The notes under the pieces: model-generated
What the model saw: only the letters and a program-made list of their open reading frames with translations
Database searches by the model: none
What the model was told of the DNA's origin: nothing
In this document: positions 16,592 to 25,505 of the stretch, one piece after another
How the letters are laid out: the number at the start of each line of letters is the position of its first letter
Numbering within the stretch: position 1 is the stretch's first letter
DNA from: Candidatus Zhuqueibacterota bacterium 4484_188
GTDB lineage: Bacteria; Calditrichota; Calditrichia; RBG-13-44-9
Direction of reading: 5' to 3'
Assembly: GCA_002049825.1 (NCBI GenBank)
Contig: MVCZ01000001.1
Location: 1-26,061, forward strand
Length of the DNA stretch: 26,061 nt
Program-made: the position numbers and the translations under genes

Positions 16592-19240
16592 TTACAAATC
16601 CAGGCGGAGGCCGAAAAGCACTTTCCGCGGTTCGGAATAGAATTCCGGGCGTTGCAGCCACTCTCCCAAGGTGTTGACATGAGCGTTTCGTTCCCCGGTG
16701 TAATGGCTGACCAAGGAATACCCAGCGCGACCGGTATCCTGGTACACATCCAGTTCATTGCGCCGGTCGAACAGATTATACACTTTCAGGAAGAGTTCAA
16801 ACCGTTGTCCCCAGAGCGGGAGAATTTTTGACAGGCGTAAATCCACGTTGTAATTAAACGGTTTGCGTCCGCTGTTTTCGAAAGTCGTTTCCAGACTCTG
16901 GATGGCCGGGGTATAAGGCAAACCGCTCTGGAACTGCCCGATTATTCCGGCAGTCAGAATTTTGGGATGACTGTAGGAAAGCGATAAATTGACAGTATGG
17001 GTTTGATCCCAGTTTAAAGGGACAACCTGGATATTGCTTTTCTTGGGCGGTTCGGATTGTTGGTTGTAAAATTCCTGATTGGGATCGGAAGCATTGCCCT
17101 CCGCTACCTGGAAGGTGTAATCGAAAGAAACGGTCACGTGGTCCGACGCTGTAGGTCGTTTATTGAGCGAGAAGGTGATCCCGCGAATATTTCCGTAATC
17201 GCGGTTCTCATAACGGGCATAGCGGTCGCCGCCGCCGGCATTGTATATTTTGGTACCTAACAGATTCCGCGCGTCTTTGTAAAAACCGGTTACGTCAATC
17301 CCCACCTGTGGGAAAATTACCTGCTGAATGCCGAATTCGTAAATGATGGTTGTTTGCGGTTTCAAATCGGCATTGCCCAACAAAGTACTCAGTCCGCCAG
17401 GATTGACCGCAAAACGGGGATTTTGGTAGAGAAACTCATAAGGCGGTATCTGGAAAAAATGTCCGTAGGAAGTGTGGATGACCCCGGCTGAGGAAATTGG
17501 AAATGCCAGACCGATGCGCGGGCTGAACTGATGTTTTACCGAAGCTTGGTTAAAAGCGCTGTCGGGATCGTTCAGAAAGCGGGGCACCACACCGCGGGAA
17601 TCGAAGTAATCGTAGCGCAAACCGATGTTAACGGTCATGTTATTTAACTCAATTTTGTCCTGCAGGTAAGCAGACGCCTCCACCGCATTGTGATGATATT
17701 TACCGCTGTTTAAAAAAGAAAATGTCGAGAAAATACCTCCGTTAGGAATCCCGTGGTAATTTGCCTCAAAATTATTTTCTTCAATCCGGGTGTGCTTGAT
17801 TTCAATTCCGGATTTTAATTGATGGATTTTGCTCACTTGCGAGGTAATGTCGAATTTCCCATTGTTCACTGTGGAGGATCGATTCTCATGAATCATGTTG
17901 CTGCCACCGGTTAAAAAACTAAAAGCATCCTCACGGGTCATCAATAGTTCCGGGTTCACATACCGGGGATCATTGGGGTCTTCGTACAAATAGGATTTAA
18001 ACTGGTAGTCGAAATGCGACAGCTTGAGGGTATAAAACGTCCTGGGCGACAGAGTGTGATTCAGGTTCAACATATTGCTGATGCCGTAGTTATAATTGGT
18101 TTTATCACCGTCCGGGTTCAGGTGGAAAAGATGGTTGTAAAACCGCCTGGAAAAATTGTTCCCCAACAGGCTGTAACTGAGCTTTGCGGTATTAGAAAGC
18201 TTGAAGACCAATTTCAGGTTTCCGTAATACTCCCGGCTGAAATTCATGGGCACCGGTTGATTATCGCCGGTCTGTTCGATATAGACACCATCCTGTTCAA
18301 AATGTGCTGAATCCGAAGGATTGTATCTGCGCACGCCGTAGAGCCAGCCGTCGTTATAAAAGTTGCGCAGGGAGAGATAATAACCCACCCCTTTTTTTAT
18401 AAGAGGCAGCGGGCCGGTAATATAAAACTGAAGATTATAAATATCTACCGGTTTTACGGTGTTTATATTAAAGAATAAAGAAGATTGGGAACTCAGGTAA
18501 TCCCCGGAATAAACCGTTAGCCCAGTTCTGGTCTGATCTTCCGGGTCTTTGGTCACAACTTCCACAATGCCGGACATTACCTGCCCATATTCCGCATTGA
18601 AGGTACCACTGATTACTTTCAGTTCCTGAATGTTATTCTGGTCGATATCGATGGCTTTTTTTCCCGAAAATGGATCGGTCACCGAAACGCCATCCACCAG
18701 GTAAGCGATTTCGCTGGAGCGTCCGCCGCGGATGTGCAGCTCACCGTTTTTATCTGCCACCACCCCGGCTTGCAAAACCAGCAGGTCCTGCAGGTTCTCC
18801 ACCGGGATATTTTCAATTTCGTCCGACGAAACCGAAGATGCGGTTGCGGTAAGGTCTTTCTGAATAATCGGGCGTTCAGCTTCCACGGTAATGATTTCTC
18901 CCAGCTCCAGCGAAGCCGGTTGCAGGTGGAAATCCACCCGGGTGCTGCGGTCAGCTTGAACGGCGACTTGTGTCATCCGCACATCCTGGTAACCCAACAT
19001 GCTGGCGGTAAGGATGTAGGTGCCTGGCGGAAGATTCAGGATTAAAAAATCGCCATCGACATCGGAAGCCGCACCAAGATTCGTGCCTTCGATAATCACA
19101 TTGGCACCGGGCAGTGGTTCACCCGAAGAAGAATCAGTTATCTTACCGGCTATCTTTCCGGTCTGACCGGCAAATACCCATCCCGAGCAGAGGAAAACAA
19201 TGAGAAAAAGTATGTCAAAAAATCTGAGACTATTTTTCAT
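16592..19240 (-). CDS. TonB-dependent receptor with N-terminal carboxypeptidase-regulatory-like domain, cassette copy 1
   Basis: 882 aa with signal peptide. GQTGKIAGKITD..GEPLPGANV..GAASDVDG..PGTY..SMLGY; plug LHIRGGRSSEIAYLVDG and VISGTFNAEYGQVMSGIV; barrel motifs FSPRIGLAFP, SYGHFFQIP, GNADLKPQTT, VYNLFD. Confidence 0.92.
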   Translation of the reverse strand: MKNSLRFFDILFLIVFLCSGWVFAGQTGKIAGKITDSSSGEPLPGANVIIEGTNLGAASDVDGDFLILNLPPGTYILTASMLGYQDVRMTQVAVQADRSTRVDFHLQPASLELGEIITVEAERPIIQKDLTATASSVSSDEIENIPVENLQDLLVLQAGVVADKNGELHIRGGRSSEIAYLVDGVSVTDPFSGKKAIDIDQNNIQELKVISGTFNAEYGQVMSGIVEVVTKDPEDQTRTGLTVYSGDYLSSQSSLFFNINTVKPVDIYNLQFYITGPLPLIKKGVGYYLSLRNFYNDGWLYGVRRYNPSDSAHFEQDGVYIEQTGDNQPVPMNFSREYYGNLKLVFKLSNTAKLSYSLLGNNFSRRFYNHLFHLNPDGDKTNYNYGISNMLNLNHTLSPRTFYTLKLSHFDYQFKSYLYEDPNDPRYVNPELLMTREDAFSFLTGGSNMIHENRSSTVNNGKFDITSQVSKIHQLKSGIEIKHTRIEENNFEANYHGIPNGGIFSTFSFLNSGKYHHNAVEASAYLQDKIELNNMTVNIGLRYDYFDSRGVVPRFLNDPDSAFNQASVKHQFSPRIGLAFPISSAGVIHTSYGHFFQIPPYEFLYQNPRFAVNPGGLSTLLGNADLKPQTTIIYEFGIQQVIFPQVGIDVTGFYKDARNLLGTKIYNAGGGDRYARYENRDYGNIRGITFSLNKRPTASDHVTVSFDYTFQVAEGNASDPNQEFYNQQSEPPKKSNIQVVPLNWDQTHTVNLSLSYSHPKILTAGIIGQFQSGLPYTPAIQSLETTFENSGRKPFNYNVDLRLSKILPLWGQRFELFLKVYNLFDRRNELDVYQDTGRAGYSLVSHYTGERNAHVNTLGEWLQRPEFYSEPRKVLFGLRLDL

Positions 19241-19279
19241 GAATTTTCAGTGCACAACACTTATTTGGAAATTATAATG

Positions 19280-19310
19280 AAGGAGGACATCTTTAGAAAA
19301 TATCCCCCTT
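19280..19310 (-). terminator. Intercistronic stem-loop downstream of the CBM9-like gene (mRNA stabiliser or partial terminator)
   Basis: Minus-strand RNA AAGGGGGAUAU-UUUCUAAAG-AUGUCCUCCUU forms an 11-bp stem with two G-U pairs. Those pairs form only on the transcribed strand. No U-tract follows. Confidence 0.55.
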
Positions 19311-19337
19311 GAACAGAACTAACCTCATGACCGGTTC

Positions 19338-21107
19338 TTACCGCATCAGCATCATTTTCCTGGTTTTGCTGAAATTGGGAGTGGTCATTTTGTAGAAATA
19401 TAACCCACTGGCAACCTGGTTACCATGCTTATCCATTCCGTTCCAGGTGATGGTATGGCTGCCGGCCTGTTGTTTCCCATCGAAGAGCGTCGCAATTTTG
19501 CTACCCAAAATATTGTAAATTTCAATCGTGACCGGAGATACGGTTGGTAACGCATACTGAATAGAAGTAGTCGGGTTGAATGGATTTGGGTAGTTTTGCG
19601 CCAGCTCGAAATGATCGATAACGCCGGCGTTGTTCCCGGAGCCGATATCGGTCGTTTGGCTGGAAAGCACCACCTCGCGATACATGTAGTATTTTTCGAA
19701 GTTCAGGTCCGCCCATTGTGTTCCCCACCATTGCGGGGCATAATCTGAGACATGCAGCTGGAATGTGTCTGCAGAACTATAATCAAGATCCCAGATCACC
19801 GCGCTGAGCTTCACCGTGTCGCCATTGCTGTAACCGAACATATCGGTGTGGACCAACACTTCCAGCGAATAACCGGCATCTGGACCGCCGGTTTCGGTAT
19901 GCGTCACGGTTCCTGGTGGTTCGTAAGACGCACCTTCTGCCCCGCCAGTGGGTACATTACTATTTAACTGGAATTCAGCACCGGCGCCAACCGTATTGCC
20001 AAAATACATATTTTTTATTTCCATCCGATCTCCCGGACCCGGTATCACTCCTTTTAAAGTCATCCAGAGGAACAGACCGTCGGCTTCCCATCCCGGAGAC
20101 CACTCACAAACCGAAGAATCGTTGGACGTAACACCGATATAGAGATCGGTTCCATTATGGGCAAATTTAACTGTGGCAACACTTTGGTCGGTGTATTCAT
20201 TCAGTGTGTCTCCCCACTGCATGTAAAATCCGCCGGAACTGGTAGTCGAATTCTTATAAATCTGGACATAATCCGCATCGCTCCAGAAACTTTCGTTTAA
20301 TTGCCCATCGAGGGTGAAAGCCTCAGTTGTTTTAATGGCAATTTTGGTGGGCGGATCAGCCAGCCGTAAAATGCGCATATCGGGTCCCCATTCGCTGCCC
20401 CACCAGGCTTTGTAGTAGGCACCAACCGCTCCCCAGGGATCCATATTATCCACATATCCGTCGGGGTCGAAAATATTCATCAGCACCGGAATATCGGTGT
20501 CATTTTCGGTGTAGCCCAAATGATCCAGGTGAATGACCATTTCTGCTGTGTAGCCGGAATCCACTTGGGAAGTATCGTTCACAATGGTGGCAGGGTGTTT
20601 CCAGGCGGCTCCCTGACCGGACCCCGGGTACAGTGCCGGTTCTTCATAATGAATATCGGGATTCACTCCAGAGAGATTAAAATAGAGCTTATACTCCACA
20701 TCAATACCATTGGCGTCCTTGATCTTCATGAACAGCCCATCGCCTTCCCAGCTCGAACCAAATTTACCTACCGATTGGTCATCAGACTGCAATGAGATAT
20801 AGAGATCCATTCCATAATGCAGAATCCGGACAATCGTAGTGGTTGTGTCGGTGTAAGTTGGTTTTACTTCGATTCCCTGAGTCACATCATATTCCACATC
20901 ACCAGGCTTGAAATTCGCCCGATACACCAGGTGGTCGAAACGCCGCTGCCAATCGGTTTCGGTGAGTGCACCATCAATGGTAATGGGATTTTCCGCTGAC
21001 TGGATTTGCAGTAACGGGGAGTCAACATGGCTGTTGCCGCTGATTCCATTACCAGTAAATGTCAGCACCAATACTATTGCTGCCATTACAGTAATTAGTT
21101 GCTTCAT
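19338..21107 (-). CDS. T9SS type-A/FlgD-Ig sorting-domain protein with two CBM9/DOMON-like sugar-binding modules, cassette copy 1
   Basis: 589 aa, strong SD (AAGGAGG), signal peptide. Modules ITIDGALTETDW..SGYTAEMVIHL and FTLDGQLNESFW..GYSLEVLVH. C-terminus QNYPNPFNPTT..IYNILGSKIATL..TWNGMDKHGNQVASGLYFYKM..RKMMLMR. Confidence 0.85.
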   Translation of the reverse strand: MKQLITVMAAIVLVLTFTGNGISGNSHVDSPLLQIQSAENPITIDGALTETDWQRRFDHLVYRANFKPGDVEYDVTQGIEVKPTYTDTTTTIVRILHYGMDLYISLQSDDQSVGKFGSSWEGDGLFMKIKDANGIDVEYKLYFNLSGVNPDIHYEEPALYPGSGQGAAWKHPATIVNDTSQVDSGYTAEMVIHLDHLGYTENDTDIPVLMNIFDPDGYVDNMDPWGAVGAYYKAWWGSEWGPDMRILRLADPPTKIAIKTTEAFTLDGQLNESFWSDADYVQIYKNSTTSSGGFYMQWGDTLNEYTDQSVATVKFAHNGTDLYIGVTSNDSSVCEWSPGWEADGLFLWMTLKGVIPGPGDRMEIKNMYFGNTVGAGAEFQLNSNVPTGGAEGASYEPPGTVTHTETGGPDAGYSLEVLVHTDMFGYSNGDTVKLSAVIWDLDYSSADTFQLHVSDYAPQWWGTQWADLNFEKYYMYREVVLSSQTTDIGSGNNAGVIDHFELAQNYPNPFNPTTSIQYALPTVSPVTIEIYNILGSKIATLFDGKQQAGSHTITWNGMDKHGNQVASGLYFYKMTTPNFSKTRKMMLMR

Positions 21108-21144
21108 GACTAAGTCCTCCTTTTAATGAATTAGGTGAAATGAA

Positions 21145-22182
21145 TTAGAAAAAATTGTGCTGACTGTTGTTATTATCACACCCGCATGATCGTCCGATCA
21201 TCAGACCGGTAGTTAAATCTTCGCGATACGGTTTTTTGAATGTCTCTGGGTCCTCGATCATTTTAAACAGATAACGAATAGCTTTGCTTCCCAATTCAAA
21301 AATCGGTACATGCATGGTGGTGAGCCGGGGAGTGAGCAGTTTGCTCAGGTAAATATCGTCAAAGCCCACCACAGCCACATCATGAGGGATACTCAGATTA
21401 ACTTCACGCGCCGCCTGGTAAATCCCAACAGCCATCATATCGTTAGCAGCAAAAATTGCTTCGGGTTTTTCTTTCTGACTCATCAGTCGCCCAAAACCGT
21501 AATAACCGGATTGGGCGGTAAAGCTCCCCTGTACAATCAGATTTTCTTTCAACGGAATACTATACTGGGCCAAGGCATCGCGAAATCCGCGATACCGTTC
21601 GGCGGCATCCCAGTTGCCTTCCGGGCCAAGAATCATGCCAATGTTTTTATACCCATGTTTTTGAATCAGGTGTTCTACTATCGTGAAAGCGCCCTGATAA
21701 TTATCAATATTAAAACTCACTACGTTCTCTATGTTCCGACTGATATTCATCAAAACAACCGGTCGTTTGCTGTTACGAATAAGTTCAGCAACCTCGTTTT
21801 GAAGCTGCGGAACCATCAGGATCATGCCATCCACCCTTCCACTTCCCATAAATTCGACCAGTGTTTCGATAATATCACGGCGACTGTGAGAACTGGAAAT
21901 CATCACGTATTTGTTAGCACGATATGCTTCTTCATCCACCCCATGAATAATATCCATAAAGAATTCATCATTGAGTTCAGGTAAAATGACACCGATTGTA
22001 TCCGTTTTTCTTTTGGACAACCCCCGGGCAAAGGGATGCGGTCTATAATGGTATTCCCGGGCTAATTCCTGAATCCGGCGGCGCGTTTCTGGTTTCACCG
22101 ACCCACTGGAATTCAGTGCCCGCGAGACAGTGGCGATAGAGACACCGGCTTTTTTGGCTATTTCATTGATATTAATTTTCAT
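21145..22182 (-). CDS. LacI-family transcriptional regulator
   Basis: 345 aa; HTH INEIAKKAGVSIATVSRALN, hinge ARGL, sugar-binding domain motifs AIFAANDMMAVG, VAVVGFDD, LTTMH; C-terminal RSCGC. Confidence 0.97.
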   Translation of the reverse strand: MKININEIAKKAGVSIATVSRALNSSGSVKPETRRRIQELAREYHYRPHPFARGLSKRKTDTIGVILPELNDEFFMDIIHGVDEEAYRANKYVMISSSHSRRDIIETLVEFMGSGRVDGMILMVPQLQNEVAELIRNSKRPVVLMNISRNIENVVSFNIDNYQGAFTIVEHLIQKHGYKNIGMILGPEGNWDAAERYRGFRDALAQYSIPLKENLIVQGSFTAQSGYYGFGRLMSQKEKPEAIFAANDMMAVGIYQAAREVNLSIPHDVAVVGFDDIYLSKLLTPRLTTMHVPIFELGSKAIRYLFKMIEDPETFKKPYREDLTTGLMIGRSCGCDNNNSQHNFF

Positions 22183-22194
22183 TTAAAAATTATT

Positions 22195-22212
22195 TTTGTA
22201 AACGTTTTATCT
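22195..22212. promoter_or_regulatory. Possible auxiliary LacI operator (degenerate)
   Basis: TTTGTAAACGTTTTATCT shares the TGTAAACG half-site with the main operators (11/18 matches by hand) and lies just upstream of the lacI-family ATG. Confidence 0.35.
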
Positions 22213-22250
22213 TCATTTAGACAATATATTCAAGCAATTATTAAGCTATT

Positions 22251-22268
22251 AATGTAAACGCTTCCATT
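22251..22268. promoter_or_regulatory. LacI-family operator
   Basis: AATGTAAACGCTTCCATT is a CG-centred pseudo-palindrome with 17/18 identity to 25484-25501, located just downstream of the predicted -10. Confidence 0.8.
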
Positions 22269-22276
22269 TTGAAATA

Positions 22277-22305
22277 AATATATGCTGCTAAAATCTTTTT
22301 GTCAA
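22277..22305 (-). promoter_or_regulatory. Sigma70-type promoter for lacI and the downstream cassettes
   Basis: Minus strand TTGACA (22305-22300), 17-bp spacer, TATATT (22282-22277). Confidence 0.75.
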
Positions 22306-22447
22306 GAACTTTTTTGCGATTTTTCATTTTTTTGAATTCGATTGTTGATGTGGGTATTTCACCCTATTCCTTAAACACACAAGACATTTAATATCTCTGC
22401 CGGGAAGGGAAAAGCCATTTCTCTGATTTGCACCGGAAGTAAAACAC

Positions 22448-23260
22448 TCATCCTTTTACGCTGCCCATCATTATGCCTCTGATGTAATATTTCTGCAGAG
22501 CCAAAAATACAATTACTACCGGTAGAATTGTAATCACCGATCCCGCCATCATCAGTTCAGGGTCTTTGGTGTGCTCTCCCATCAGATTTGCCAACGCCAC
22601 CGGCAGGGTGTACATGGAATTATCGGTTAACGCAATAAGTGGCCAGAGGAAATCGTTCCAGGTGCTCATAAAAGTGAAGATGGCCAATGTGACCAGGATG
22701 GGCAGGCAGAGCGGTAAAATGATACGCCGGTAAATCTGAAAATCCGAGGCACCATCAATGCGCGCCGCTTCAATCAGGCTGTCGGGAATGGAAAGGGCGT
22801 ACTGCCGAATCAGGAAAATCCCAAATATATTTGCCATTCCAGGAATAATAATCGCCAGGTAAGTATTTATCAGTCCCAGGGATTTCAGCATCAAAAACAG
22901 CGGCAACATAGTCACCTGGGCTGGAATAATCATTGAACTTAATAACAGGTTAAACAGAAAATTTTTTCCCCTGAAGCGATATTTAGCAAAGGCGTATCCC
23001 GCCATGGAATTAAAGAACAGCGAGATGAGAGTGACCAATGTAGACAATAAAAAACTGTTCAGGAAATTTCTACCGATGGAAAGATGGGAAAAGAGGTGCT
23101 GAAATTGCACCAGGGTCACCTGGTCGGGGAAAAATCGTGGCGGAAATACGCTGGCATGGCCATCCTGCATGAATGCGGCAGACAACATCCAAATGAAAGG
23201 TATAAGGGTGAATAAACCCCCAATTAGTAAAAGAATATGCATTAGCCATTTTTTAGTCAT
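22448..23260 (-). CDS. Carbohydrate ABC transporter permease (MalG-type)
   Basis: 270 aa; EAA motif IPDSLIEAARIDGASDFQIYRRIILP, WNDFLWPL; overlaps the upstream permease by 8 bp. Confidence 0.97.
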   Translation of the reverse strand: MTKKWLMHILLLIGGLFTLIPFIWMLSAAFMQDGHASVFPPRFFPDQVTLVQFQHLFSHLSIGRNFLNSFLLSTLVTLISLFFNSMAGYAFAKYRFRGKNFLFNLLLSSMIIPAQVTMLPLFLMLKSLGLINTYLAIIIPGMANIFGIFLIRQYALSIPDSLIEAARIDGASDFQIYRRIILPLCLPILVTLAIFTFMSTWNDFLWPLIALTDNSMYTLPVALANLMGEHTKDPELMMAGSVITILPVVIVFLALQKYYIRGIMMGSVKG

Positions 23261-24131
23261 CGGTTCCTCTCTGCACCTTTAATTGAATAAGGGTTCCGAT
23301 AAATATTATGACGAATAAGACAAAGGCAATTGAAGCCGAATATCCCATATTCCACCAGCGAAATCCCGCGCGGTACATGTATTGGACAACGCTGAGGGTG
23401 CTGTTTAACGGTCCCCCCTGGGTCATGATATAGGGCTCGGCGAATAATTGGAAAAACCCAATGACCGTGATGATGCTGACAAAAAGCGTAGTGGGAGCCA
23501 GCATAGGCAAGGTGATCGCCCGGAATTGCTGCCACCGGGTTGCCCCTTCAATGACCGCGGCTTCATACAGATATTCAGGGATATTCTGCAAACCGGCGAT
23601 GAAAATGATCATGTTGTAGCCGAAATTTTTCCAAACCGACATGAGGATAATTGCCGGCATTGCCCAGTGGGGATCGCCCAGCCAGTCAATGGGGCGAATT
23701 CCAATAAAGCCAAGCAAATAATTCAGCACTCCAAACCGGGGGTGGTAAATAAAACGCCAGACAATGGCTACCGCTACCAGGGTGGTGACCACTGGTAAAA
23801 AATAGATCAGCCGAAACAGGCTTTTCAATCGCACCAGTTTTGAATTCAACACCAGAGCAGCCGAGAGGGAAATAGCTACCGATAGCGGACCGGCAACCAA
23901 AACAAAATAAAAGGTATTTTTGAGCGCTTTCCAGAAAAGCGGGTCTTTCAGTAAACTGAAGTAATTATGAAACCCGATAAAACGGGAATTGGCCCAATTT
24001 CCCAGGGCGTAGATATCAAAATCGGTAAAGCTGATGACCAGCGCAGCGAGAACCGGCACAAAAAAGAAGACAAAGATTGCGCTCAAAGCCGGTGTCAGAA
24101 AAAAATACGCAGCGGAAGTACGGGGTTTCAT
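23253..24131 (-). CDS. Carbohydrate ABC transporter permease (MalF-type)
   Basis: 292 aa; FIGFHNY, WKNFGYNMIIFIAGLQNIPEYLYEAAVIEGA, TQGGP. Confidence 0.97.
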   Translation of the reverse strand: MKPRTSAAYFFLTPALSAIFVFFFVPVLAALVISFTDFDIYALGNWANSRFIGFHNYFSLLKDPLFWKALKNTFYFVLVAGPLSVAISLSAALVLNSKLVRLKSLFRLIYFLPVVTTLVAVAIVWRFIYHPRFGVLNYLLGFIGIRPIDWLGDPHWAMPAIILMSVWKNFGYNMIIFIAGLQNIPEYLYEAAVIEGATRWQQFRAITLPMLAPTTLFVSIITVIGFFQLFAEPYIMTQGGPLNSTLSVVQYMYRAGFRWWNMGYSASIAFVLFVIIFIGTLIQLKVQRGTDD

Positions 24132-24159
24132 TTTCGGATATTCCTCTCAGGAAACCGGG

Positions 24160-25455
24160 TTACTGTTTGTGTAGCAGCCATCGCCTCTTTTCTAAAATCC
24201 GATCGACATCTGTATCTAATCGCCGGAGCGCTTCATCAACCGTCAGCACTCCCCGGGCAGCCATTTCGGCATATTGCTGGATTTTTGAAAAGGCGATCTG
24301 CTCCCATTCGGCAATCTTTGGTGTTGCCACCACATGGTGGAACTGTTCGTAAAAGGCTTTCATGTAAGGGTCATTTTGCAACAGGGTGTCCTGCCAGGCA
24401 GAACGGACCGCCGGTAAATCACTGGATAATCGGAAAAATTTGATTTGCACGGTGGGATCGGACAAATATTCGAAAAATTTCCACACCGCTTTTTTGTGGC
24501 GGGATTTCTGTGACATAACCAGGCTGGAACCACCGGCAAGCGATACGCCCGGATAGTGTTCATCCGGTGCCGGTAACGGCGCGGTCATCCATTCGTCCGC
24601 AAGCGTGTCTTTCATCCAGCGCTTAAATTCTTTCACATTCCATGGTCCGGAGATGTACATGGCAAAATAGCCGTCGGCAAATGCCTGGTAAACGTTGGAT
24701 ACCTGGCTAATGCCGATGGGTGCCAGCTTTTCCCGATGAAACCGGATGAGAAAACGAAATGCCTTTTTGAATTCCGGAGAATTGAAATTTCCGTAGCAAT
24801 TATCTTCTTTCAGTAATTGGGCGCCGGCTTGCAGACTAAAGATGACAAAGGTTGCCCATTCATTTGTCGGGAGGTAGATGGCATATTCATCTCTATCCCC
24901 TTGGAGAATTCGTATCTGCTTGGACAAACGGTATAACTCATCCCAGGTCTTCGGGGGAACCTGAAAATTTGCCTTTTTCAAAATATCTGTTCGGTAAAAC
25001 AAAACTCTGGTATCGATATACCAGGGAATGCCGTAAAGCGATTGGTTGATAATATTGGTGTTCCAAATGCCCGAAAAATAATTATTCGGGTGTATTGTCC
25101 GGCTCTGGGCAATTCGGCCGTCCAGTTTTTCAATCGCATTAAGTGCAACAAACTGCGGTATCCAGGTGTTTCCCAACTGAAAAGCATCCGGCAAATTTTC
25201 GCTGGCATAGGCCGTGATCAGTTTTTCTTGCGCTGCCGTCCACGGTATCATTTGAACTTTGACCCGAATGCCCGGATTTTGCTGTTCAAACTCAGGTAAA
25301 AGCGTTTGTACTACCTCGCCCTCCGAGCCCATTCCCCAAAAAGTAATTTCCGTAGACCGTTGAGTAGACGATTTACAGGTGAGGAAAAGAACGGCGGAAA
25401 TCAGGAAAAAAATCCAGGTAAATTTAATTCTCAGGTGCATGTAATAACAGATCAT
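24160..25455 (-). CDS. Sugar ABC transporter solute-binding protein (family 1), probable lipoprotein
   Basis: 431 aa, start possibly at ATG 25440. Signal peptide ending LFLT-C; ITFWGMG, PDAFQLGNTW, YGIPWYIDTRVLFYRTD, PKTWDEL, MYISGPW, LAGGSSL. Confidence 0.95.
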   Translation of the reverse strand: MICYYMHLRIKFTWIFFLISAVLFLTCKSSTQRSTEITFWGMGSEGEVVQTLLPEFEQQNPGIRVKVQMIPWTAAQEKLITAYASENLPDAFQLGNTWIPQFVALNAIEKLDGRIAQSRTIHPNNYFSGIWNTNIINQSLYGIPWYIDTRVLFYRTDILKKANFQVPPKTWDELYRLSKQIRILQGDRDEYAIYLPTNEWATFVIFSLQAGAQLLKEDNCYGNFNSPEFKKAFRFLIRFHREKLAPIGISQVSNVYQAFADGYFAMYISGPWNVKEFKRWMKDTLADEWMTAPLPAPDEHYPGVSLAGGSSLVMSQKSRHKKAVWKFFEYLSDPTVQIKFFRLSSDLPAVRSAWQDTLLQNDPYMKAFYEQFHHVVATPKIAEWEQIAFSKIQQYAEMAARGVLTVDEALRRLDTDVDRILEKRRWLLHKQ

Positions 25456-25483
25456 AATCTTATCTTATAAGAAAAGAAACACT

Positions 25484-25501
25484 AATGTAAACGCTTACAT
25501 T
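25484..25501. promoter_or_regulatory. LacI-family operator
   Basis: AATGTAAACGCTTACATT is a near-perfect palindrome (AATGTAA/TTACATT arms around ACGC), immediately downstream of the predicted -10 of the ABC operon. Confidence 0.85.
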
Positions 25502-25505
25502 TTTC

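Noticed and set aside
7422-19240. Calling the TBDRs susC and the following genes susD
   Set aside because: The plugs lack the SusC-type LKDASAxAIYGxRxxNGV signature, and the downstream proteins are ~1050 aa with no lipobox or TPR-like helical pattern.
2830-21107. Gln at or near the predicted +1 position after several signal peptides (VFA-Q, ALG-Q, GRS-Q, GWT-Q)
   Set aside because: Consistent with the already known pyroglutamate Q-rule of this superphylum, and cleavage sites were only estimated by eye.
21310-21984. 224-aa plus-strand ORF
   Set aside because: Antisense shadow of the LacI gene.
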